This document shows positions 46,805-55,209 of a stretch of 64,000 nucleotides of DNA, piece after piece. The position numbers were made by a program, and so were the translations under genes. This DNA comes from an uncultured Oscillospiraceae bacterium (lineage in GTDB: Bacteria > Bacillota > Clostridia > Christensenellales > CAG-138): positions 71,110-135,109 of the forward strand of contig CAZBBX010000002.1 in the NCBI GenBank assembly GCA_964490325.1, read 5' to 3'. Each line of letters starts with the position of its first letter. Position 1 is the stretch's first letter. The notes beneath the pieces are model-generated. The model saw only the letters and a program-made list of their open reading frames with translations. It had not been told where the DNA came from and did no database searches.

Positions 46805-47026
46805 TTATTTGTCCAGGTACTTCATGATGTCGCCGACGGTCTGCACCTTGGGCAGATCCTCGTCGGGTATCTCCACGTCAAACTCCTGCTCCATATCCAT
46901 GACCAGCTCGACAATATCCAAAGAGTCGGCGTGCAGATCCTCGATGAAGCGGCTTTCCTGCGTGATCTCAGCGGGATCCAGATCAAGCTGCTTGGCGATG
47001 ATGTCCCTGACCTTATCAAATTCCAT
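46805..47026 (-). CDS. acpP: Acyl carrier protein
   Basis: ATG 47026 after AAGGAG. Phosphopantetheine site [13 protein letters not shown]; 73 aa. Confidence 0.9.
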   Translation of the reverse strand: MEFDKVRDIIAKQLDLDPAEITQESRFIEDLHADSLDIVELVMDMEQEFDVEIPDEDLPKVQTVGDIMKYLDK

Positions 47027-47172
47027 GGTTCTTGCTCCTTCTTGATTAGGTGCGTTTGAACGCCCGTTCATTCACGTTATTCTATATGAGTTTTTTGCTT
47101 CTGTCAATCCTTAAAGCCCCCGTTTCCTAAAATTATACAGTCAACAAGCGTCTTTTAGGGCTTTGGCGGCTA

Positions 47173-47201
47173 TTGACAGCTTCTGCCGAGAAACGTAAAA
47201 T
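47173..47201 (+). promoter_or_regulatory. Sigma-A type promoter for the EamA transporter / U32 peptidase unit
   Basis: TTGACA (47173-47178), 17 nt, TAAAAT (47196-47201). Confidence 0.5.
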
Positions 47202-47234
47202 GTTCTTGCCGCCTTTTTGCGGCAGGAGGTCGTA

Positions 47235-48146
47235 TTGAATAAGAAACTTCGGACGCTCTGCGTTCTGCTTTCCGGTTGTCTGTGGGGAACGACGGGACTG
47301 TTTGTTCGCGAGCTGACCAATTTTGGCTACAGCATCTGGCAGATCGTGGCGGCGCGCGCGCTGACCACGCTTGTGATATTCGTTCTTGTCGCGCTCCTGT
47401 TTGATCGCAGGGCCTTTCGCGTTCGCCTGCGCGACCTGTGGATCTTTGCGGGCATGGGACTTATCAGCGTTGTGGTGTTCAACTGGTGCTACTTCACCTG
47501 CATGAACAGCTGCTCCCTGCCCGTAGCCGCTACGCTGATGTATACCTCTCCCGTGTTTGCCATTCTGCTGGCCGCTCTTCTCTTTCGGGAGCGCATCAAC
47601 CTGCGCGTCGTCCTTGCGATGCTGGCTGCGATCTTGGGCTGCGTCATCGTGTCCGGCCTGTGGAGAGCGGACATTCGCGCTACCCCGCTTGGCGTCATCC
47701 TCGGCCTCTGTTCGGGGCTGTTCTATGCGCTGTACAGCATCTTTTCGCGCATCGCCTTCCGCCGCTACAGTCCCCTGACCGCCAACCTGTACGCCTTTGT
47801 GTTTGCCTCCATCGGCGCTTTGGCGCTTGCGGGACCTGCGGACTTTATCGATGTGCTGAAGAACACCGCCTCCATCCCCTACGCGCTGGGCGTAGGCGTG
47901 ATGACCGCCGCGCTGCCGTATTGGCTGTTCAGTTACGGTCTGCAAACGATGCAGATCTCTACCGCCAACGTCCTTGTGATGGACGAGATCGTCGTTGTGA
48001 CGCTCCTGTCGGTGTTCGTGTACCACGAGTCGATCAAGTGGTACACCGCCGTGGGCATGGCGCTGGTGCTTGCAGCCGTCATCCTTCTGACCCTGCCCAA
48101 AAAGGCAAAGAAAGCCGTTCAAAATGGAACAGAGCAAACGTCCTGA
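47235..48146 (+). CDS. EamA/DMT family transporter
   Basis: Ten predicted TM segments in two EamA repeats. TTG 47235 lies 5 nt after AGGAGG; the track start at 47217 is also a TTG. Confidence 0.8.
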   Translation: MNKKLRTLCVLLSGCLWGTTGLFVRELTNFGYSIWQIVAARALTTLVIFVLVALLFDRRAFRVRLRDLWIFAGMGLISVVVFNWCYFTCMNSCSLPVAATLMYTSPVFAILLAALLFRERINLRVVLAMLAAILGCVIVSGLWRADIRATPLGVILGLCSGLFYALYSIFSRIAFRRYSPLTANLYAFVFASIGALALAGPADFIDVLKNTASIPYALGVGVMTAALPYWLFSYGLQTMQISTANVLVMDEIVVVTLLSVFVYHESIKWYTAVGMALVLAAVILLTLPKKAKKAVQNGTEQTS

Positions 48147-50178
48147 GATCCTTGCCCCCGCAGGCACCCGCGACGCGCTCACCGCCGCCGTTCGCTGCGG
48201 TGCGGACGCCGTATACTTTGGCATGGGCGCTTTGAACGCTCGCCGCAACGCCGAAAACTTTGAAGGAGACGCCTTCACGGAGGCCGTTGCCTACTGCCAT
48301 GCGCGCAGCGTTAAGGTATATCTGACATTGAACACGCTCCTTCGCGACGACGAGCAAGAGAGCGCGGCTGAGGCTGTCCGCCTTGCCGCCATAAACGGCG
48401 TCGACGCCCTGATCGTGCAGGATCTTGCCGTGGCTGCGCTTGCAAAAAAGCTTTGCCCGACCCTGCCCCTGCACGCCTCCACGCAGATGGCCATTCATAA
48501 CGCAGCGGGCGTACGGGAGGCGCAGGCGCTCGGCTTTTCCCGCATCGTGCTTGCGCGGGAGCTTTCCCTCACGGAGATCCGCCGCATCCACAGCGAAACG
48601 GACGCGGAGCTGGAGGTCTTTATCCACGGTGCGCACTGCATGAGCGTGTCGGGACGCTGCTATCTCTCCGCTCTGATCGGCGGACGCAGCGGCAACCGCG
48701 GTCTGTGCGCGCAGCCCTGCCGCTTGGATCACCAAGTGAACGGCCGCCCCTACGCCCTCTCCCTCAAGGATCTGTCCTATATGGAGGAGCTTCCATCCCT
48801 TGGTGAAGCGGGCGTCTGCTCCCTCAAGATCGAGGGGCGCATGAAGCGTCCCGAATATGTCGCCGCCGCCGTGACCGCGGCTCGTGAAGCGCTTGACGGC
48901 AGGCGTCCCGACATGGGCGCGCTGAAGGCCGTATTCTCGCGCAGCGGCTTTACCGACGGCTATCTAAAGGGCAAACGCGGCCTTGCGATGTTTGGAAGAC
49001 GCACCAAGGAGGACGCGGCGGAATCAAAGAGCGTGCTGGGTCAGATGGCGGGGCTGTATCGCACGGAGCGCTGCGCCGTTCCCGTGACCCTGCGCCTAAG
49101 GGCGCAAGCCGAGAAGCCGTTGGAGCTGTCGGTCGAGGACGGCGAGCACACGCTCACGCGCTTTGGCGCGGCTCCCGAACCCGCGCTGCACACGCCTGCC
49201 ACCAAGGAGAGCGTGCTGCGTTCCCTCACAAAGACGGGCGGGACGCCCTTTACCGTGCAAACGGCCAAGATCGACTTGGACGAGGGACTTGCCCTTCCCT
49301 CCGCCGCCCTAAATGCGCTGCGCCGCGACGCGCTTGCCGACCTTCTAAAGCTGCGGGAAACGCCAAAGCCGCTGCCCCTGACGGACGAGCCTTTGCCCGG
49401 ATCGCCTGTCCCCTACACGGCGCAGGCGCAAAGCTATCGGCTGCGCTTTTATTCCTATGAACAGTTCTTTTTACCCGATGAAGCTGCCTTTGCCATCCTT
49501 CCTCTTTCCGAGCTTGTAAAGAATTTAAACGCGCTGCGCCCCTTCCTGCCGCGCCTGATGGCGGAGCTGCCGCCCTTCCTGTCGCCCTTGGAGGAGGAAA
49601 CAATCAAAAGGGCGCTGCTGGACGCAAGGGAAGCGGGGCTAAGTCACGCCCTGAGCGGAGACTTGGGCGGCCTAAGGCTCATCCGTGAAGCGGGCCTATT
49701 CGCACATGGGGACGCGTGTTTGAACGTGATGAACACGCCGAGCCTTGAGGCTCTGCAGGCGCGGGGCTTATGCGATGTGACCCTGAGCTTTGAGCTGAAC
49801 AAGAAGCGCACGGCGGCGCTTGGCGGTTCCTTGCCGCGGGGACTGATCGTATACGGTCGGCTGCCCCTGATGCAACTGCGCTGCTGCCCCGCCAAGACGG
49901 CGGCGGGCTGCGGAAGCTGCGATGGACGTCCCGTCGTGCAGGATCCCACGGGGCGAACCTTTCCCCTGCTGTGCAGCGAAAAAAAGCTCACGACGCTGCA
50001 TAACGGCGTCCCCCTGTACCTTGGGGATCTGCCCCTGCCCCCCGTTGACTTTGCCACGCTGTACTTCAGTACGGAGAGCCAAGACCGCTGCCATGCCGTG
50101 TGGGAGCTACTTAAGCACGCGCTGCCCTTTGACGGGGAACGCACACGCGGCCTGTACACGAAGCCCGATCTGCAATGA
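48124..50178 (+). CDS. U32 family peptidase, long form
   Basis: PEILAPAG...GADAVYFG, VYLTLNT, and the E-x-F-x-H-G-A-x-C-x-S-x-S-G-R-C signature (ELEVFIHGAHCMSVSGRC). Confidence 0.85.
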   Translation: MEQSKRPEILAPAGTRDALTAAVRCGADAVYFGMGALNARRNAENFEGDAFTEAVAYCHARSVKVYLTLNTLLRDDEQESAAEAVRLAAINGVDALIVQDLAVAALAKKLCPTLPLHASTQMAIHNAAGVREAQALGFSRIVLARELSLTEIRRIHSETDAELEVFIHGAHCMSVSGRCYLSALIGGRSGNRGLCAQPCRLDHQVNGRPYALSLKDLSYMEELPSLGEAGVCSLKIEGRMKRPEYVAAAVTAAREALDGRRPDMGALKAVFSRSGFTDGYLKGKRGLAMFGRRTKEDAAESKSVLGQMAGLYRTERCAVPVTLRLRAQAEKPLELSVEDGEHTLTRFGAAPEPALHTPATKESVLRSLTKTGGTPFTVQTAKIDLDEGLALPSAALNALRRDALADLLKLRETPKPLPLTDEPLPGSPVPYTAQAQSYRLRFYSYEQFFLPDEAAFAILPLSELVKNLNALRPFLPRLMAELPPFLSPLEEETIKRALLDAREAGLSHALSGDLGGLRLIREAGLFAHGDACLNVMNTPSLEALQARGLCDVTLSFELNKKRTAALGGSLPRGLIVYGRLPLMQLRCCPAKTAAGCGSCDGRPVVQDPTGRTFPLLCSEKKLTTLHNGVPLYLGDLPLPPVDFATLYFSTESQDRCHAVWELLKHALPFDGERTRGLYTKPDLQ

Positions 50179-50189
50179 AAGCTTAGCGC

Positions 50190-50218
50190 TTGACTTTGGC
50201 AATGGGGATGGGTATACT
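50190..50218 (+). promoter_or_regulatory. Sigma-A type promoter for plsX
   Basis: TTGACT (50190-50195), 17 nt, TATACT (50213-50218), 36 nt upstream of ATG 50255. Confidence 0.55.
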
Positions 50219-50254
50219 TAAAAAAATCAAACTATCTGCGGGAGAAACTACGAT

Positions 50255-51283
50255 ATGAGATTAGCCATTGATGTAATGGGCGGGGATCACGCTCCAGAAG
50301 CCGTGATGGAGGGCGTACAGCTTGCTTTAGCGCAGCTGCCCGCTGAGACGGAGCTGCTGCTGTTTGGCGATGCGGACGCGATACAGGGTCAAATGGAACG
50401 GCTGTCCCTTTCCGACACACGCCTAAAGCTCGTTCCCACGACACAGCTGATAGGCTGCGATGAGCAGCCCACCGCCGCAATCCGCACCAAGAAGGATTCC
50501 TCCCTCGTACGCGCCATCCGTTCGGCGGCGGACGGAGAGTGCGACTGCGTACTGTCCGCAGGCAGCTCCGGTGCGCTGCTGGCAGGCGCTACCCTGCTCA
50601 TCCGCCGTCAAAAGGGCGTCAAGCGTCCTGCGCTGGCTCCCCTGCTGCCCACCGTTACTGGCGGTCAGGTGATGCTGCTGGACGCGGGTGCAAATGCTGA
50701 CTGCAAGCCTGAGTATCTGCTGCAGTTTGCATACATGGGCAAGGCCTACATGGAGCAGGTGCAGGAGCTGCCCGCTCCGCGCATCGCTCTGTTGAACAAC
50801 GGCACCGAGGCCGAAAAGGGCAGCGAGCTGAGCAAGGCCGCCTACGGTCTGCTCAGCAAAGCCACAGACCTGAACTTTGTGGGCAACTGCGAGGCGCGGG
50901 AGCTGATGAGCGGCGACTATGACGTGATCGTGACCGATGGCTTCTCCGGGAACGTCCTGCTTAAGAGCACGGAGGGAACCGCCAAGGCCGTCACCACCCT
51001 TTTGAAGGAGGAGCTGCTTGGCAGCACCCGCACAAAGCTGGGGGCGCTCCTTGCAAAGCCCGCCTTCAAACGCCTGAAAAAGCGCATGGACTACACGGAG
51101 GTGGGCGGCGCGGCGCTCTTGGGCGTCAACGGCGGCGTCATCAAGGCGCACGGCAGTTCCAACGGCAACGCCTTCTTTAACGCCATCCTGCAGGCGGAAC
51201 GCTTGGTAAGCCGTCAGGTGACGGAGCGCATCGGCAAAAGCGTGGCCTTGCTTGCGGAGCAAGCGCTTACGGAGCAACCATAA
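50255..51283 (+). CDS. plsX: Phosphate acyltransferase PlsX
   Basis: MRLAIDVMGGDHAPEAV opening; 342 aa. Confidence 0.95.
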   Translation: MRLAIDVMGGDHAPEAVMEGVQLALAQLPAETELLLFGDADAIQGQMERLSLSDTRLKLVPTTQLIGCDEQPTAAIRTKKDSSLVRAIRSAADGECDCVLSAGSSGALLAGATLLIRRQKGVKRPALAPLLPTVTGGQVMLLDAGANADCKPEYLLQFAYMGKAYMEQVQELPAPRIALLNNGTEAEKGSELSKAAYGLLSKATDLNFVGNCEARELMSGDYDVIVTDGFSGNVLLKSTEGTAKAVTTLLKEELLGSTRTKLGALLAKPAFKRLKKRMDYTEVGGAALLGVNGGVIKAHGSSNGNAFFNAILQAERLVSRQVTERIGKSVALLAEQALTEQP

Positions 51284-51290
51284 GTTTTGA

Positions 51291-51318
51291 TTGCAATATT
51301 TGAATTATCTGATATACT
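51291..51318 (+). promoter_or_regulatory. Possible internal promoter for the E2-like acyltransferase gene
   Basis: TTGCAA (51291-51296), 16 nt, TATACT (51313-51318), in the 81-nt plsX-downstream gap. Confidence 0.35.
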
Positions 51319-51364
51319 ATTGTCGAACGAAACGCGCAAGGCGCGCAAGCTAACGGAGGCGGGG

Positions 51365-52261
51365 ATGGAACAGATCCCGAAGAAACGCAAACGCAGATTT
51401 GGCGATCGCAGCGATGGCAGAAGGGTGCGTACCATTCCGCCCATGTCGCAGGTCGCTCCGTTCATCATGCCCAACAGAAACGGAGCAAGCAACTACTTTG
51501 ACTCCTCCATCGAGGTCACGGAGATCGAACGCTACATCCGCAAGAAACGGCGGGAAGGGCTGAAGGGCTTTGGCGTGATGCACGTCCTGCTGGCGGCCTA
51601 TGTTCGCGTGGTCTCGCAGCGTCCCGCGATCAACCGCTTTTTGGCGGGACAGCATATCTTTCAGCGCGACGATGTGATCGAGATCATCATGACCATCAAA
51701 AAAGAGATGTCCATGGAGGCGCCCGACACCGAGATCAAGGCCTACCTGACCCCCGCCGACACAGCGGACGTCGTGTACGAAAAGCTCAACAAGGTCATCA
51801 CCGAACAAAAGGAAGCTATGGGTTTGGACAGCAGCTTCGACAAAACGGCTTCCTTCCTCAACCACATCCCGGGCGTGATCCTCAAGTTCACGCTGTGGTT
51901 TTTGAAGCTGCTCGACTATTTTGGCCTGCTGCCCGCAAGCCTCATCAAGCTCAGCCCCTTCCACGGCTCCATCGTCGTCACCTCGATGGGTTCCTTGGGC
52001 ATTCCGCCCATCAACCATCACCTGTACGACTTTGGCACCGTACCCGTTTTCCTTGCCTTTGGCGCCAAGCGCAAGGCCTATGAGTTGGACGCGAACGGAC
52101 AGGTGCAGGAGCGCAAGTACATCGACTATCGCGTCACGACGGACGAACGCATCTGCGACGGCTTCTACTATGCCTCCGCGTTCAAGCTGATGAATTCCTA
52201 CCTCAAAAATCCCTTTATTTTAGACACGCCCGTAGAAGCGGTCGTGCGCGACATTCCCTAA
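51365..52261 (+). CDS. Stand-alone 2-oxoacid dehydrogenase E2 / CAT-like acyltransferase catalytic-domain protein
   Basis: ATG 51365 after GGAGG. No lipoyl or E3-binding domain. The C-terminal region VTTDERICDGFYYASAF aligns by eye with the E2 DHRxxDG active-site motif. Confidence 0.75.
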   Translation: MEQIPKKRKRRFGDRSDGRRVRTIPPMSQVAPFIMPNRNGASNYFDSSIEVTEIERYIRKKRREGLKGFGVMHVLLAAYVRVVSQRPAINRFLAGQHIFQRDDVIEIIMTIKKEMSMEAPDTEIKAYLTPADTADVVYEKLNKVITEQKEAMGLDSSFDKTASFLNHIPGVILKFTLWFLKLLDYFGLLPASLIKLSPFHGSIVVTSMGSLGIPPINHHLYDFGTVPVFLAFGAKRKAYELDANGQVQERKYIDYRVTTDERICDGFYYASAFKLMNSYLKNPFILDTPVEAVVRDIP

Positions 52262-52265
52262 AGCC

Positions 52266-52913
52266 ATGAAGGGCGGGCTGCGAAGATACTATCGTGCGCA
52301 CGCCGGGTTTATTCATGCCGTCCTGATCCTTGTGGCGATCGCGTTATTTACGCTGATCGCCTTTTTCTGCGGCCGCAGCGGCGAGGAAGTGAGCGCGGCT
52401 TCGCCCTCTCCTTCGCCCTCCGCCGAACCCACCGTACCGCCGCTGCGCTTCACACTTGTGCAGAATTGCTTTACGCTAAACGGACTGTCCTTGGAGGCCG
52501 AGGACGGGTATTACGTCATACGCGTTACGGAAAGCGGCGAAAGCTTGGGACGCTGCACACCCAAGATCAGCGATGGACGCGTGCAGCTGCTGTCCCTGTC
52601 GCTGCCTGCGCTCCGATATGAGCAAACGGATGCGCCGACCGAGCTGGAAAGGGAGCTGCAGCAGCGCGTCAGCGCGCAGCGAGAGCTGTTTATGAGTATC
52701 CTTTCGGCGCTGCGCAGCGCCGCCCTGACCCCAACGGACAGCAGCGACTCGCACGGCTTGGAGCATTATCAGATCCTGTTGAACGCCGTATTGGACGATG
52801 GCAAAAGTGAGAGCTGGGTCTATGGCAGCTATCGGTGCAGCTTGGAACGCAAGGACGATTTGGACGGCGGCGCGACCCTGCTGATCGACCTAAGCTACAT
52901 CGCCTCGAACTGA
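52266..52913 (+). CDS. Hypothetical membrane-anchored protein
   Basis: Starts 4 nt after the previous stop. One TM (FIHAVLILVAIALFTLIAFF), an SPSPSPSAEPTVPP linker, and no motif I recognise. Confidence 0.55.
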   Translation: MKGGLRRYYRAHAGFIHAVLILVAIALFTLIAFFCGRSGEEVSAASPSPSPSAEPTVPPLRFTLVQNCFTLNGLSLEAEDGYYVIRVTESGESLGRCTPKISDGRVQLLSLSLPALRYEQTDAPTELERELQQRVSAQRELFMSILSALRSAALTPTDSSDSHGLEHYQILLNAVLDDGKSESWVYGSYRCSLERKDDLDGGATLLIDLSYIASN

Positions 52914-52918
52914 CAGAT

Positions 52919-53974
52919 CTAGAATTCTCCGTCTAACAAACAACGCCGCATACGCCCCGCAAACGCAGTCAGGCGCTCCTCGATGGCAGGCAGGTGCAGG
53001 GCTGCGTTGGGTTCGTTTGCCGTCTCCGCAAGGCAAAAGTGTGGGTGCAGCATGAAGGTCTTGTTCATGGACAGCGCCCCCAAGACCTGCCGCGCCACAA
53101 GGTCGCCGCCGCTGTAGCCCGACACGATGATGGCGTAGACATACTTGTCGTTCAGCGGCGTCTTGACCAGCACGTTCGTGAGCCTGTTGATGAAGGCCAT
53201 GATGTTCGCGCTCACGCTGTCGTTGTAGTTGGGACACAAAAGAAGCAGCGCATCGGACTCCAAAAGTGTGGGAAACACATCCGTCGTCAGACTGCCGCCA
53301 TAGAAGCAGCCATCGTTGTGCGCATAGTGCAGACAGGTCTTATACGAGCAGCCCCGACAATCGATCAAAGCGCCATTCTGCAGGGATCTTGTCGTAACTT
53401 CTATCTCTTGCCCCAAGCGCTCGGCCACGGCGCAGCCCAACGCGTAGGTGTTGGAGGTGGCGTGCTCGGACGCGTGCAGCATCAAGACCCGCGCCGTTTC
53501 GCGCCTGACGGGGGCATAGTCCATCAGCCGCTGCGCCAAGTCGCGAACGGCAAGCTTGTATGCGTCAAGCAGGGTAACGCCTGCGTTCATCGACCGAATA
53601 TGAAAATTGTACAGACTGCCCGTGCCCTCAACGAGCGGCTTGCCCACCAGTAAAGCGCCCGCTCCGTTGGCCGCCAAAGCAAAGCGGCTTGCAAAGTCCT
53701 TGGTGAGAAACTCGCTGTTTGCATCCGTTACCATGCCCACAACGCAGGCGTTCAAGGCCGTTGGCGTCCCACGCAGTGCGATCAGGAAAAGCTCCGCCGC
53801 CGCCGAGCCGTTTCTGCCCAGTGAAAAGCAGAACAGCAGCCTTGCGCCCCTACCCCCGCCTTCCAACACCTCCTGCGGCGTCAGTTCCTTGGTGGGCAAG
53901 TGCAAGAGCGCCTCGTCAAGCACGGCGTTCAGCCGCGCCCCCGTATCCACACGCACCAAGATCAGTCTTTGCAT
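52919..53974 (-). CDS. Two-lobed flavodoxin-fold protein; the C-terminal lobe is NADPH-dependent FMN reductase / iron-sulfur flavoprotein-like
   Basis: C-terminal half: VLMLHASEH.TSNT..., CRGCSYKTC Cys cluster, LLLLCPNYNDSVSA. The N-terminal ~170 aa look like a degenerate second alpha/beta lobe. The start overlaps the upstream stop by 13 nt. Confidence 0.7.
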   Translation of the reverse strand: MQRLILVRVDTGARLNAVLDEALLHLPTKELTPQEVLEGGGRGARLLFCFSLGRNGSAAAELFLIALRGTPTALNACVVGMVTDANSEFLTKDFASRFALAANGAGALLVGKPLVEGTGSLYNFHIRSMNAGVTLLDAYKLAVRDLAQRLMDYAPVRRETARVLMLHASEHATSNTYALGCAVAERLGQEIEVTTRSLQNGALIDCRGCSYKTCLHYAHNDGCFYGGSLTTDVFPTLLESDALLLLCPNYNDSVSANIMAFINRLTNVLVKTPLNDKYVYAIIVSGYSGGDLVARQVLGALSMNKTFMLHPHFCLAETANEPNAALHLPAIEERLTAFAGRMRRCLLDGEF

Positions 53975-55209
53975 AGCTGCGCCAGCTCCTCCCTTGCGGC
54001 GTTCAGGCGCACGATAAGCGCATCAGGGAGAGGCCGCCGCTCGATGAGCGGTCCCAAGGCGGTCTCCTGCACGCGGCAGCCAAAGTACAGGCCGTCAAAG
54101 TACGCTGTCGCATCGAACGCTTCGCCGCGCAGCATCCGTAAAACGGAAAGGCAGCCCGATGAAAGTCCCGGCGCGATGAAGGGCTTGTAGCCAAGCTCGC
54201 GCACACGCAGGTTCGCTTCCCTTGTAAGGCGGGTGAGCTGTTGTGAAAAGGCGTCGTCATAGTCCTCATCCAAGGCGTTTGCCGCGACCAGTCCCGCTCC
54301 GTGCGGGCCGTAGACCCGTCCCGTGGAGAAGTCCCTGCCCGCCTTCCTTGCATAGTAGGCGGCTCTGCCGCGCATCACCCCCAAGCCAAAGCCGCGGATC
54401 TGTTCGGGCAGCAGGCCCAAGGCGTCGAACTCGCCCAGATCATTTTTGTTGGCGGTTAGGAAGGCGTCGCGGCACAGCAGATCCACGGGGTCGGACAGCA
54501 CCACAAAAAGTCCCGTATAGCCGACCTTCCGCGCAAGGCGCGCATAGGCGGCGACCAAGGGGCGATTGGCCTGCCACTGCGCAAGGCGTACATCCGTCTG
54601 CTCCGCTCCCAAGGGCGGCACGCCCCGCGTTGCGGCAAAGATGAAGACGTCGCCACTAAACAGTTCCGGCTCCTTGCACACGCGCACCAAGGGACGGCGC
54701 TCCCCTTCCGTCAGCTCGATAAGTTGATTCAGCTCCAATTCGTACCGTGCGCAGAGCTTTTCGTTGGGGTCAAAGATGCACAGCTCGTCCACAAGGCCGC
54801 TGCCTAAGAGAGTCAGTCCCCGCGCAAGCTCCGCACCCACATCGCCCAAGCCCGCCAGTTCCACGCGAAAGCCCGTTTTCTTGCGAAGGAGCCTGCGGCG
54901 CAGCACGGGCAGGGCATTTGAAAACGCCGTGTTGACAAGGCTTGCGCCCTTTTCATGGATCAAAGCCGCAAGCGCGGCGTTTAGGCGCGCCTCCCCTACG
55001 GGGGGCAGCAGCAGCCCCATGTCCTCCCGCTCGAACAGCTCCCGCTCATCGCGCAGCGCCGTAAGGCCGCGGAAACGCTTTGGATCGCGGTCTGTCAGGA
55101 ACGCAAGGGGCGCAAAGGGTTCGTCCACGGGTCTTGCTCCCTTTGGCACGGCGCCGTCAAGGGGGCAAAGGCACAGGCCGTCCATTGTAAAAAAGCGCAG
55201 ATCAAGCAT
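53962..55209 (-). CDS. LDH/MDH-fold dehydrogenase-like protein with a ~115-aa N-terminal extension
   Basis: Rossmann GLGDVG, DVRLAQWQAN (aligns with the TRLDLxxxN loop), VVLSDPVD (NPVD-like) and GPHGAG (GEHGDS-like). The start overlaps the upstream stop by 8 nt. Confidence 0.7.
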   Translation of the reverse strand: MLDLRFFTMDGLCLCPLDGAVPKGARPVDEPFAPLAFLTDRDPKRFRGLTALRDERELFEREDMGLLLPPVGEARLNAALAALIHEKGASLVNTAFSNALPVLRRRLLRKKTGFRVELAGLGDVGAELARGLTLLGSGLVDELCIFDPNEKLCARYELELNQLIELTEGERRPLVRVCKEPELFSGDVFIFAATRGVPPLGAEQTDVRLAQWQANRPLVAAYARLARKVGYTGLFVVLSDPVDLLCRDAFLTANKNDLGEFDALGLLPEQIRGFGLGVMRGRAAYYARKAGRDFSTGRVYGPHGAGLVAANALDEDYDDAFSQQLTRLTREANLRVRELGYKPFIAPGLSSGCLSVLRMLRGEAFDATAYFDGLYFGCRVQETALGPLIERRPLPDALIVRLNAAREELAQLCKD

